NCBI GenBank assembly: GCA_963804645.1
Contig: CAWDRG010000005.1
Span: 224,001 to 288,000, forward strand
DNA from: an uncultured Bacillota bacterium
GTDB taxonomy: Bacteria; Sysuimicrobiota; Sysuimicrobiia; Sysuimicrobiales; Segetimicrobiaceae
Reading direction: 5' to 3'
DNA: 64,000 bases
A program made the translations under genes and the position numbers. The notes beneath the pieces were generated by a model. It ran no database searches and was not told where the DNA came from. It saw only the letters and a list, made by a program, of their open reading frames with translations. Within the stretch, counting starts at the first letter, position 1. Each line of letters starts with the position of its first letter. Shown here piece after piece: positions 44,688 to 54,334 of the stretch.

Positions 44688-45745
44688 CTGATAATCTCCT
44701 CCGCGTGTGTCTCAGCGGCACGGTAGATCGCCTCGGCGATCACCACCGCCGCCAACCCGTCGTGGGCAGACCGATCAGGCGGTGCCTCGCCCCTCACCAT
44801 CGCCAGCCAATGGCGATGCTGCCGCAGCCCGACGTCTTCGGGAACAATCTCCGGCGCGACCCACCCGCTGTCACGGTGCACCGCCAGCGGCCCGCGCTCG
44901 GTACGCAGCCACGCCGTTCCGCGTGTCCCGTAGATCTCCAGGCGGAACCGATCGGTGCCGGCGCGTTCGGCATAGCACATCTCATGGACGCCTCGCAGCC
45001 CGCTGTCAAACGTATAGAGCGCGAGCGCCACGTCTTCGAGTTCGGGCACCACCACCCGACCCTCCCGGATGGTGCGTTCGTGCACGGTCCTCGCGGTTGT
45101 CGCCTGGACCGCCCGAATCTCGCCAAAGAGGTACCGCAGCAGATCGATCCCGTGGCTGCCGAGCTGCATCACGACCCCGCCTGCCGCCTGGTCCTTGCGG
45201 TAGAACCATGCCGCCCAATCCGCCCCGGGGGTCGCGTTGCGCTGAGACACCATGGCCAGCGACCCCAGCGCCTCTTCCGCAAGCAGCCGGCGGATCGTCT
45301 CGATCTCGGGGAAGTATCTGTGCATGAAACTGACGCACAGCAACACCCCGGCGTGCTCCGCAGCGGCCATGATCTCGAGACATTCCGCGCGGTTGCGCGC
45401 CATCGGTTTCTGCAGCAAAATGGCCTTCCCGGCGCGCGCCGCGTCCACGGCCATGGGCGCGTGGGTGAAATCCGGCGTGGCGATCACCACGGCATCAATA
45501 TCGCGCCGGTCCAGAATATCCTGGTACCGGGTTGTCGCCATGGGAACGCCATGCCTCCGGGCCTCGGCCTGCACCCTCTCGCCGTCGCGGCTAAACAACG
45601 CGACGACCGCGGCGCCCGCGTCCTGCAGCCCTCGGATGTGGTACGCGCTGATGGAGCCCGCGCCCAAGACGCCCACCCGAACGCGCATGAGGCCGGCCGC
45701 GCGCGTACGCCGCACAGAGACCGGCAGCGCGTCCCGACCGCTCAC
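44684..45745 (-). CDS. Gfo/Idh/MocA family oxidoreductase
   Basis: GVLGAGSI, ATPDFTH, GKAILLQKP, GSHGID. Confidence 0.9.
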   Translation of the reverse strand: MSGRDALPVSVRRTRAAGLMRVRVGVLGAGSISAYHIRGLQDAGAAVVALFSRDGERVQAEARRHGVPMATTRYQDILDRRDIDAVVIATPDFTHAPMAVDAARAGKAILLQKPMARNRAECLEIMAAAEHAGVLLCVSFMHRYFPEIETIRRLLAEEALGSLAMVSQRNATPGADWAAWFYRKDQAAGGVVMQLGSHGIDLLRYLFGEIRAVQATTARTVHERTIREGRVVVPELEDVALALYTFDSGLRGVHEMCYAERAGTDRFRLEIYGTRGTAWLRTERGPLAVHRDSGWVAPEIVPEDVGLRQHRHWLAMVRGEAPPDRSAHDGLAAVVIAEAIYRAAETHAEEIIR

Positions 45746-46572
45746 TTGAGGGCGCCCAGGGTCAGCCCCCGCACGATCTGCCGCTGCGCCAGAACGACGA
45801 CGATGATCGCCGGGATCGTGGCAAAAAATGCGGCCGCGCTCATGTCGCCGTAGCGGATGACGTACTGCTGCGCGTACTTGGCGATGCCGACCGGAATCGT
45901 CACGGCGTTCGTGGCCGTCAGGTTCAGGGCGAAGAGAAACTCGTTCCAGCTAAACACAAAACTCAGAATCGCGACGGCCGCGAGTCCCGGAGCGATCAGC
46001 GGGGCAACGATCTGGACAAACGTCCGGACGTTCGAGGCCCCGTCGATGTGGGCCGCCTCCTCTAGCTCCGTCGGCAGGTCGCCCACGAAGCTCTGCACGA
46101 TCCAGACGGCCATCGGCAGGTTGAGCACCAGGTAGGATAGGATGAGCGCGAGCCGGGTGTCGTACAGTCCGAGCGCACGGAACAAGAGGTAGTAGGGGCC
46201 AACGATCGTGACACCGGGCACCATGTGGAAGATTAACACCCACCCGGCGACGATCGCGGCCGTGTGTCGCGGCCAACGAAACCGCTCCAGGCTGTAGCCC
46301 GCAAGCGCCGCCACCACCACCACCAACGCCGTGGCGACGCTCGCCACCACGAGGCTATTGACCGTGTTCACGATGAAATTGGACTGCAGACTAAAAAATA
46401 GGTGGGTGTAATTGTCCAGCGTCGGCCGGAACACCCACGCCCCGGTGAGGATATCGATCTGGTACTTGATCGACGTGAGGAACGTCAGGACGAAGGGGAT
46501 CAACGTAACAAGCACGCCGAGGGCGAGGACCGGCAGTGCGAGCGCCGGCGAGCGCCGGCCGAAGATCCTCAC
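45742..46572 (-). CDS. Carbohydrate ABC permease (MalG-like)
   Basis: LEEAAHIDGA, WNEFLFA. Confidence 0.92.
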   Translation of the reverse strand: MRIFGRRSPALALPVLALGVLVTLIPFVLTFLTSIKYQIDILTGAWVFRPTLDNYTHLFFSLQSNFIVNTVNSLVVASVATALVVVVAALAGYSLERFRWPRHTAAIVAGWVLIFHMVPGVTIVGPYYLLFRALGLYDTRLALILSYLVLNLPMAVWIVQSFVGDLPTELEEAAHIDGASNVRTFVQIVAPLIAPGLAAVAILSFVFSWNEFLFALNLTATNAVTIPVGIAKYAQQYVIRYGDMSAAAFFATIPAIIVVVLAQRQIVRGLTLGALK

Positions 46573-47561
46573 GCGCGCGCCTCTCGGCGGCGGGCCGCGC
46601 GTAGGTAGACCGCCACAAATACCACGGTCGTGAGGATCGTGACAACGGAGAGAAACGCGGCGTAGCCCATGCGGGACTGCGGAAAAAACACCTGATAAAT
46701 GTAGAAGCTGATCACTTCGGAAGCCGTCCCGGGGCCGCCGCCGGTCAACAGAAAGACCTCATCGAACACCTTGAAGGCAAAAATCGTCCGAAAGAGCACC
46801 GCCACGAGAATCGTCGGTCGCAGCAGCGGAAGGACGACATACCGGAGCACTTGCCATCCCGACGCCCCGTCCACGCGCGCGGCCTCGATCGGCTCGGCGG
46901 GCAACGATTCGAAGCCGGCGAGCATCAAGAGAAACACAAACGACGTCCAGTGCCAGATATCGACAACCATGATCGAAGGAAGCGCCAGGTGGGGATTCGC
47001 GGTCCAGCTCTGGGCCGGCAGGTGCAGGAATCGCAGGACGACGTTGAAAATCCCGGTTTCGTAGTTGTACATCAGACTCCAGATCGTGCCGATCGCGATG
47101 CCGGGCACCAGGATTGGAATCATCAACAGTTGCCGTGCAAGACCGGCCGCTCTCCCGACTTCACTCGCGAGCAGCGCCAAGGTGAACCCGAGCACGGTTT
47201 CCACCACGACCGTCACGACAACAAACACGATCGTGTTGCCGATCGCGGCGAAAAACACATGGTCGCGCAGCAACGTGCGGAGATTGTCGAGGCCCGACCA
47301 CGTCCAAATGACCTGCCCTTGGCCGAAGGACACCGTCGAGAAGCTCATGCCGACCAACTCGAGGAGCGGGAACACGGTGAGCGCCAGCAACACCAACAGG
47401 GCCGGCAGGAGCGCCCAGTACTGAAACGCGCGATCGAACCGCTCGCCGAGCGGTCCGCGACGTCTCGGCGCGGTCTCGCGCGCCCCCGTGCTCCCAAACG
47501 CACAGCCTTTCACGCCACTCTCCGTGCGCGTCGATTCGCACATCCGGTCGACGCGACTCAC
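46569..47561 (-). CDS. Carbohydrate ABC permease (MalF-like); start uncertain
   Basis: DIWHWT, IEAARVDGA, LTGGGP. Confidence 0.9.
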   Translation of the reverse strand: MSRVDRMCESTRTESGVKGCAFGSTGARETAPRRRGPLGERFDRAFQYWALLPALLVLLALTVFPLLELVGMSFSTVSFGQGQVIWTWSGLDNLRTLLRDHVFFAAIGNTIVFVVVTVVVETVLGFTLALLASEVGRAAGLARQLLMIPILVPGIAIGTIWSLMYNYETGIFNVVLRFLHLPAQSWTANPHLALPSIMVVDIWHWTSFVFLLMLAGFESLPAEPIEAARVDGASGWQVLRYVVLPLLRPTILVAVLFRTIFAFKVFDEVFLLTGGGPGTASEVISFYIYQVFFPQSRMGYAAFLSVVTILTTVVFVAVYLRAARRREARA

Positions 47562-47721
47562 CGCGGTCTGGAGCCGTCGGCGTCAAGGATCTCCGGGAAA
47601 CGGCCCCTCGCGCAGAGAAGCCGGTCGCTCGATATTCGCGACCATGCTACCCCGTCCTCCCGCGCGCCTACGGAGGATGAGTGGAGGAACCGTTTTGCGC
47701 GTCCCCGAACCCGAGTGCCGC

Positions 47722-48714
47722 ATGGGATATTTCCTCGGGGTCGACGGCGGTGCCTCCAGCACAAGCTGCGCGGTGTGCGACGATGACGGCGCAGTCCTCG
47801 GCATCGGCCGCGGGTACGCCAGCAACCACATCCTCGCGCCCGGCGGACGAGAGCGCGCGCGCGCCGCGGTCGGCGGGGCCATCCAGGCGGCACTGCGGGC
47901 AGCCGGGCTCGGGACGATCGAGTACCGTGCGGTCCAGTTCGGCATGACCGGAATCGTGGCAGGCAGCGAGCGTGCGGATGCGTTCGCGGAGGTCGCTGCG
48001 GATCTGCTCAAGGCCGAGACGGTGCTCATCCATGAGGATTCCTGGATTGCGCTCGCCGGCGCCCTGGCCTGCGGGTCCGGTGTCATGGTCATCGCCGGGA
48101 CCGGGTCGATCGCCGTGGGCCTGGATCCCGACGGCCGCGTCGCCCGCGCCGGGGGCTGGGGCTACCTCTTCGGAGACGACGGCAGCGCGTTCGCGTTGGG
48201 CCGCGGCGGCGTGCACGCCGCGCTCCACGCCCGCGACGGCACCGGGCCGGACACGAACCTGGTCGAGCACATCCCTGCGGTGGTCGGCATGGACCTGGCC
48301 GCGATCACGTGGGAGTATTACCAAGGACGTCTCGACCGCGCCGTGATCGCTCGGCTGGCCGCCGTGGTCACGGAGTCGGCCGCCGCGGGCGATCCCGTCG
48401 CCCGGCGCCTCGTCGCGGAGGCCGCCACGGCGCTGGCGAACCTTGCGGCGGCGGTGACCCACCGCCTTCACTGGCCTGATGGCGCCACCGCGGTCGCACC
48501 GGTGGGTGGGGTGTTCGACGCCGGCGCGACCATCCTGCATCCGCTGCGCGAGGCGCTCGCCTCCCGCGCCCCCGGGGCGGTTCTCGTGCCCCCGCGGTAC
48601 GACCCGGCCGCGGGCGCTCTGCTGCTGGCGCTGCGCGCGGCGGGTGTGCCGCACACCCCCGAGCGGCTCGCACTGCTCGCCGCGACGTGGGAACTGCGGT
48701 CGACCGCGCCGTGA
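47722..48714 (+). CDS. BadF/BcrA-type N-acetylhexosamine kinase
   Basis: LGVDGGASST, IAGTGS, RAGGWGYLFGDDGSA. Confidence 0.88.
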   Translation: MGYFLGVDGGASSTSCAVCDDDGAVLGIGRGYASNHILAPGGRERARAAVGGAIQAALRAAGLGTIEYRAVQFGMTGIVAGSERADAFAEVAADLLKAETVLIHEDSWIALAGALACGSGVMVIAGTGSIAVGLDPDGRVARAGGWGYLFGDDGSAFALGRGGVHAALHARDGTGPDTNLVEHIPAVVGMDLAAITWEYYQGRLDRAVIARLAAVVTESAAAGDPVARRLVAEAATALANLAAAVTHRLHWPDGATAVAPVGGVFDAGATILHPLREALASRAPGAVLVPPRYDPAAGALLLALRAAGVPHTPERLALLAATWELRSTAP

Positions 48715-49409
48715 GCTCCGGGTGGGAGCACCGGCTGCGGGGCGGCCTGATCGTGTCGTGCCAGGCGCTGCCGGACAGTCCCCTGCGTGATCCGGACATG
48801 ATCGCCGCGCTCGCACGATGTGCCGAGCGCGGCGGTGCCGTGGGCGTCCGCATCGACGGCCCGGCGGACATCGCCGCGGTCCGCCGCGTGGTCACCCTGC
48901 CGATCATCGGACTCTACAAGGTCGCCCGCGATCGACCGGTGTACATTACGCCGACGTTCGCGGAGGCGCACGCCATCGCGCACGCCGGAGCGGACCTCAT
49001 CGCGCTGCAGGCGACGCGAGAGCGCGGCACGGACCGGACCGCCGACCCGCTGGCCGCCCTCATCGCCCGCATTCACGCGGAATGCGGGATCCCGGTGATG
49101 GCGGATGTCTCGAGCCTGGACGAGGGGCTCGGGGCTGCCGCGAGCGGGGCCGATGTCGTCGCCACTACGATGGCGGGCTACACTCCGCACAGCCGGCAGA
49201 TGAGCGGACCCGATCTCGAGCTGATTCGCGAACTCGCCCAGGCCCTCGCCGTTCCGATCGTGGCCGAAGGACGGATCTCAACGCCGGAGGAGGCCGCGGC
49301 GGCGCGCCGCGCCGGCGCGTTTGCGGTGGTCGTCGGCCGCGCGATCACGATGCCTGAGGCCATTACGGCCAGGTTTGTCTCGGCCGTCGGCAGCGCTGCG
49401 GGTACCTAA
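48711..49409 (+). CDS. nanE: N-acetylmannosamine-6-phosphate 2-epimerase
   Basis: GLIVSCQA, PIIGLYK, VYITPT, MAD, TTMAGYT, AEGRI, VVVGRAIT. Confidence 0.93.
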   Translation: MSSGWEHRLRGGLIVSCQALPDSPLRDPDMIAALARCAERGGAVGVRIDGPADIAAVRRVVTLPIIGLYKVARDRPVYITPTFAEAHAIAHAGADLIALQATRERGTDRTADPLAALIARIHAECGIPVMADVSSLDEGLGAAASGADVVATTMAGYTPHSRQMSGPDLELIRELAQALAVPIVAEGRISTPEEAAAARRAGAFAVVVGRAITMPEAITARFVSAVGSAAGT

Positions 49410-49476
49410 CCAGGACGGGCACAGGGCCGGTGGAAGCCCCTGTGCCCGCGGTCCCCTCGCCGTCCGTGCGTGCGCT

Positions 49477-51882
49477 CTATGCCCCTGCGGGCGGCGTGAA
49501 CGTCGTCACCACCGGCGGCGTCCCCACGTACTTCTCCACCTGCACCAGCACCGAGTTCGTCGGGTTCCCGCCCGACAACTTCGAACTCGGTGTGTCCGTC
49601 GTCAGGTTGTTCACGTTCCCGTGCCGGTCCAGCGTCCCCACCGACCCCGGCGTCAGCGGATCCGACCACGCCCCCTCGTTCAGCACCATCACGCCCCGCC
49701 GCACCCGCGCCGTCACCAGCGCCCCCGCCAGCGTCTGCCCCCGCCCGTTGAACACCCGCACCACGTCGCCGTTCATGATCCCCCGCGCCGCCGCGTCCTG
49801 GGGGCTAATCCAGAGCGGTTCCCGCCCCGCCACCTCATACGCGTGCCGCAGCCCCGTCTGATCCAACTGCGAGTGCAGCCGGTTCTTCGGGTGCGACGAT
49901 AGCAGGTGCAGCGGGTACTGCGCCGTCTCCGGACTCCCCAGCCATTCCGTCGGCGGCAGCCACGTCGCGTGCGGCGGCGTGTCGTCATAGTTGAACCCCG
50001 CGATCGTGCTCGAGTACAGCTCGATCTTCCCCGACGGCGTCCCGAGCGGGTTGTTCGCCGGGTCGGCGCGGAACTCCGCGTACGCGACCACCTGGTTGGC
50101 GGCGTCCGTGACCGGGAATTCCAGGTACCCCTGCTTCCAGAACGTGTCGAAGTCCGGCATCGTCAGACCCCGCTCCTGAGCCTGCTGCACGGCCGCCCCG
50201 TAGAACTGCCGCAGCCACGCCATCTCGTCCTTGCCCTCCGTGTACCGGTCGCCAAGGCCCAGCCGGGGTGCCAGCCCCGCACAGATGTCGAAGTCGCTGC
50301 GCGATTCGAACAGCGGCGGCACCACCTGCTGCATCGCGATGATGAACCGGTCCGTGCTGCAGAGGTCGTTGCGCTCCATCGTCGTCGTCGCCGGCAGCAC
50401 GATGTCGGCATGCCGCGCGGTCGGCGTCCACACGTAGTCGTGCACGATCGTGACCTCCGGCCGCTGCCACGCCACGAACGCCCGGTTCGTGAACTGCGCC
50501 TGATTCAAGTGGTTCGACCCCGCCAGGTACACCAGCTTGATGTCCGGATACGTCAGCTTCCGCCCGTCGTAGTCCACCGTCTTCCCCGGACTCTGGATCA
50601 GGTCGACCCACAGGTTGAGCGGCACGAAGTCCTTCACGGGGTTGACCCCGGTCGGCAGCCCCGCCACGCTCGGCGCGCTGCCGATCGGCAGCCCCAACCC
50701 GCTGCTCGGCGAGTCAGCCTGCAGCCCGCCGCCCGGAAGGCCGATCTGCCCCAGCATCGACGCAAGGGTCACGAGCATCCAGATCGGCTGTTCGCCGTGC
50801 GACGCCCGCTGCATGGAGTATCCGCCCATCGTGATCGTGCGCGACTTAGCCATCCGGCGCGCGAGCGTGCGAATCGTCTCGGCCGGCACCTCCGTGATCG
50901 CGGCCGCCCACTCCGGCGACTTCGCCTGCCCGTCGCTCTTCCCGCTCAGATAGTCCGCGAACTGCGCAAACCCCACCGTGTACTTGTCCAGAAACGCCTT
51001 GTCGTACAGGTTCTCCGTGTACAGCACGTGCGCAAGGCCCAGCATCAGCGCCGTGTCCGTGTTCGGCCGGATCGCGATCCGCTCGGGCCGCAGGTACTGG
51101 TCCGTGTCCCCTTCCACCGGGTTGATCGAGACCACCGGGATCTTCGCGTCCCGCAGCTGCGCGATCCATGCCATGTCGAAGTGCGTGCCGTTCCCGCCCG
51201 AACGCATCTCCGCGTTCCGGAGCGGATCGTGCCCGAAGAATACGATCAGGGTGCTGTGCTGGAGAATCACCGGCCATGCCGACTGCCGCGGCGCCGCATC
51301 GCCCAAGATGTGCGGCGTGATCACCGGCAGCACCGGCGCGCTGTACGAGTTGATCCGGAACACGTAGCCGCCGTACATGCCCAACAGACGCTGTACGGCC
51401 CCGCCGGCACTGTGAAAGTTCCCGGCGCTCTGCCAGCCTTGCGCCGAATAGATCGACCGGTTGCCGTACTGGGTCTTCACGCGCTTCAGCTCGCCGGCGA
51501 CGATGTCGAGCGCCTCGTCCCACGACACGCGCACGAACGGCTCGAGGCCCCGCTGCGTCGTGTCGCTCTGCGACCGGTTCTTGTAGAAGCCCTGGCGGAT
51601 CATCGGGTACTTCACGCGGTTCGGAGCGTACAGCAGATCCGGCATCACTGTGACCATCACGTTCGGGTAGCGATCCGTGGCGAACGGCACCGTCTTCATC
51701 AACCGTCCCCCTGCCACCTGGGCGCTGAACGGGCCCCAATGCGCGACGCTGATGCGCGTCGCGGTCTCGGCATCTGCGGCCGCCGCGCCGGTCGGCAGCA
51801 CCCCTACCAGCGGCGCTGCCACCACGCCTCCGAGGAGCAACCCGCTCTGGCTCAGGAACGACCTTCTCGTGACTGGTTTCAT
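49477..51882 (-). CDS. Tat-exported molybdopterin oxidoreductase, DMSO/TMAO/biotin-sulfoxide reductase family (copy 2)
   Basis: Same motifs as copy 1; the C-terminal ~190 aa are identical by eye. Confidence 0.92.
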   Translation of the reverse strand: MKPVTRRSFLSQSGLLLGGVVAAPLVGVLPTGAAAADAETATRISVAHWGPFSAQVAGGRLMKTVPFATDRYPNVMVTVMPDLLYAPNRVKYPMIRQGFYKNRSQSDTTQRGLEPFVRVSWDEALDIVAGELKRVKTQYGNRSIYSAQGWQSAGNFHSAGGAVQRLLGMYGGYVFRINSYSAPVLPVITPHILGDAAPRQSAWPVILQHSTLIVFFGHDPLRNAEMRSGGNGTHFDMAWIAQLRDAKIPVVSINPVEGDTDQYLRPERIAIRPNTDTALMLGLAHVLYTENLYDKAFLDKYTVGFAQFADYLSGKSDGQAKSPEWAAAITEVPAETIRTLARRMAKSRTITMGGYSMQRASHGEQPIWMLVTLASMLGQIGLPGGGLQADSPSSGLGLPIGSAPSVAGLPTGVNPVKDFVPLNLWVDLIQSPGKTVDYDGRKLTYPDIKLVYLAGSNHLNQAQFTNRAFVAWQRPEVTIVHDYVWTPTARHADIVLPATTTMERNDLCSTDRFIIAMQQVVPPLFESRSDFDICAGLAPRLGLGDRYTEGKDEMAWLRQFYGAAVQQAQERGLTMPDFDTFWKQGYLEFPVTDAANQVVAYAEFRADPANNPLGTPSGKIELYSSTIAGFNYDDTPPHATWLPPTEWLGSPETAQYPLHLLSSHPKNRLHSQLDQTGLRHAYEVAGREPLWISPQDAAARGIMNGDVVRVFNGRGQTLAGALVTARVRRGVMVLNEGAWSDPLTPGSVGTLDRHGNVNNLTTDTPSSKLSGGNPTNSVLVQVEKYVGTPPVVTTFTPPAGA

Positions 51883-52128
51883 CGCGTCCCCCCCGCCGTG
51901 CTAGTCTCCCGCGTACCGCCGCTGGGCGGGTCGGCACCCGCCGCCCCTCCACCGGTCCCGCGGGTCGAAGTTCTCACCAAAACAGAGATGGAACTCCGCC
52001 ACGTCTACCATACCGACGGCCCGGGCCGACGCCTATCCCCTCTCAACCTGATTCCGCGCTCGCACGGCAGACCCGCCTGAGGGTGACGCGCCTCGGCCGC
52101 GCGCGGCGCAAATAGTCTCTCGGACTGA

Positions 52129-52157
52129 TAGGCACGCGGGAAATCGTGGGATACACT
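52129..52157 (+). promoter_or_regulatory. Promoter of 6S-like RNA copy 2
   Basis: TAGGCA-N17-TACACT; the RNA stem begins 7 nt after the -10. Confidence 0.65.
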
Positions 52158-52163
52158 ATGCAT

Positions 52164-52340
52164 GGAGCGCACGCGGCGATGTGCCGAGTCAAACGCCGCG
52201 GTCGGGATGCCGAGAGTCGGCCACGTTCACTCCGGGCAGTCGCCCAAGAACGACGGGCAGGACGCCGGAGAGCACCAGCCGACGGTAGGCCCCGGAGGCC
52301 GCGTCTGAAGACGGCACCGGCCGCACCAACAGTGCGCTCC
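52164..52340 (+). ncRNA. 6S RNA-like rod-shaped ncRNA (copy 2, ~177 nt)
   Basis: GGAGCGCAC/GTGCGCTCC, GCGGC/GCCGC, GTGCCG/CGGCAC, GCGGTC/GGCCGC, bubble, TCGGC/GCCGA, CTCCGG/CCGGAG; followed by TAAATTTTT. Confidence 0.75.
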
Positions 52341-52416
52341 TAAATTTTTCGCCGGAGACTCGCACCGATGCCGCCGTGTCGATTTGACGACGCGTACGGC
52401 ACGCCGACGCCCGGCG

Positions 52417-53274
52417 TCAGCCCAACTTGCGGAGCCGCGGGTCGAGCATATCCCGCACGCCGTCGCCCACAAAGTTGAACCCGAGCACGAGGCACAGAAT
52501 CGCGAGCGCGGGAAACGTCGCGATCCACCACTGGTCCATCAGGAAGTTGCGCCCTTCGGAGACCATGAGTCCCCACTCCGGCGTCGGCGGCTGCGCCCCG
52601 AACCCGATAAACGACAGCCCCGCCGAGATGAGGATGATGGAGCCGATGTTGAGCGTCGCCTGGACGAACAGCGGCGCGAGCGCGTTGGGGATGAGATGGC
52701 GCACGATGATGACGACGTCGGTGGCCCCCTGCGCCCGCGCGGCTTCGACATAGTCTTTCGTCCGCAGCGTCAGGATCTGGGCACGCATCACCCGTGCATA
52801 CGACGGCCATGAGGTAATCGCGATTGCGATCAGGGCGTTCGTCAGGCTCGGTCGCAGAATGGCGGAGATCGCCATGGCCAGAATCAAACTCGGAAACGCC
52901 AGGAACATGTCCGTCACGCGCATCAGCGACTCGTCCCACCACGCCCCCAGCCAGCCGGCGCTGGTGCCGGTGATGACGCCGAACGCGGCAGCGGCCGATA
53001 CCACGGTGATGCCGGAGACGACGGAGATGCGGGCGCCGTAGACCACCCGGCTGTAGACGTCGCGGCCGAGCGAGTCCAGACCGAACGGGTGCGCGGTGCT
53101 CGGCGCCCCGAGCCGCTTCGCGAGATCCTGGGCGAGCGGGTCTTGAAGGGCGAGCCACGGGGCGAGCAGCGCGATCAGCACGAACGCCGCGATCAATCCC
53201 ACGCCGATCAGCGTGAGCGGACTCCGGCGCACCGCACGCCAGGCGACGTGCGTGGCCCCGCGGTCCCGGGTCAC
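52417..53274 (-). CDS. Peptide ABC permease (DppC-like)
   Basis: HPFGLDSLGRD, YVEAARAQGA, PEWG, GDGVRDMLDPR. Confidence 0.92.
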   Translation of the reverse strand: MTRDRGATHVAWRAVRRSPLTLIGVGLIAAFVLIALLAPWLALQDPLAQDLAKRLGAPSTAHPFGLDSLGRDVYSRVVYGARISVVSGITVVSAAAAFGVITGTSAGWLGAWWDESLMRVTDMFLAFPSLILAMAISAILRPSLTNALIAIAITSWPSYARVMRAQILTLRTKDYVEAARAQGATDVVIIVRHLIPNALAPLFVQATLNIGSIILISAGLSFIGFGAQPPTPEWGLMVSEGRNFLMDQWWIATFPALAILCLVLGFNFVGDGVRDMLDPRLRKLG

Positions 53275-53275
53275 G

Positions 53276-54289
53276 CTACGTGTATCGGATCTGTGGGTCC
53301 AGGTAGGCGTAGACAACGTCGACTCCCAGGTTGAACAGCGCAAAAATCACCGCGGCGACCAACGTGACCCCCAGCACCGCCGGCACGTCCACGCTCACGG
53401 CGGAGTTCGTCGCGTACCGGCCGATCCCCGGCCAGGAAAAGATCGTCTCGGTCAGAATCGCGCCCGACAACAGGTCTCCGAACGTCAGGCCCAGCACCGT
53501 CACCGTGGGCAGCAGCGCGTTGCGCAGCCCGTGGCGGAGAATGACGCGCACTTCGCGGATTCCCTTGGCGCGCGCCGTGCGCACGTAGTCCTGACGCAGC
53601 ACCTCCAGGAGGCTGCTCCGCATCATCCGCATGATCAGGCCCGTGATGGCGTACCCGAGCACGATCGCCGGCAGCACGAGGTGGCGGACGGCGTCCACGA
53701 ACGCGTCCCAGTTCCCCGACAGCAGCGCGTCCACCGCCACCATCCCGGTGAGGGGCGGCGGCGGCGGCGTGTAGATGCTCAGCTCGCCGGGCCCCGGCAG
53801 AATCCCGAGACGAAAGTAAAACAGTCCGAGCAGCAGCAGCCCGACGTAAAATACGGGCAGCGACGTCCCGCCGAGCGCGAAGACGCGCGCCACCTGATCG
53901 GGCCACGCGTCCTTGTAGACCGCCGAGATGATGCCGGCGGGCACGCCGATGATCACGGCGAACAACAGCGCGCTGGAGGCGAGCTCGACCGTCGCCGGCA
54001 GGTACTGCGCCAGATCGGCGCCGACGGGCCGGGTATCCGCGATCGACGTCCCGAAATCGCCCCGCAGGAGCCCGCGGAGATAGATCGCGTACTGCACCGG
54101 GAGCGGGCGGTCGAGCCCGATCTGGTGGCGGACCTTCGCGTAGAGCGCCGGGGGCGCGTGCTCGCCGAGGATCGCGGAGAGCGGGTCGGCCGGCACGACA
54201 TGGGTGAGCACAAACGTGATCAGCGTCACCCCGAACAGCACGAACACGGTCAGACCGGCGCGGCGCGCCAGATAGCGCAGGAGGCTCAT
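53276..54289 (-). CDS. Peptide ABC permease (DppB-like)
   Basis: DYVRTARAKG, HGLRNA, FSWPGIG, DPQIR. Confidence 0.92.
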   Translation of the reverse strand: MSLLRYLARRAGLTVFVLFGVTLITFVLTHVVPADPLSAILGEHAPPALYAKVRHQIGLDRPLPVQYAIYLRGLLRGDFGTSIADTRPVGADLAQYLPATVELASSALLFAVIIGVPAGIISAVYKDAWPDQVARVFALGGTSLPVFYVGLLLLGLFYFRLGILPGPGELSIYTPPPPPLTGMVAVDALLSGNWDAFVDAVRHLVLPAIVLGYAITGLIMRMMRSSLLEVLRQDYVRTARAKGIREVRVILRHGLRNALLPTVTVLGLTFGDLLSGAILTETIFSWPGIGRYATNSAVSVDVPAVLGVTLVAAVIFALFNLGVDVVYAYLDPQIRYT

Positions 54290-54334
54290 CGTGGGAGGCG
54301 GGGGCCGGCCAGCGCCGGCCCCCGCGGTCGAGCG

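Larger units (their letters stand above)
49417..52349. repeat. Direct repeat copy 2 (molybdoenzyme gene, divergent promoters, ncRNA)
   Basis: Homologous to 38135-41012, offset about 11.3 kb. Confidence 0.92.
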
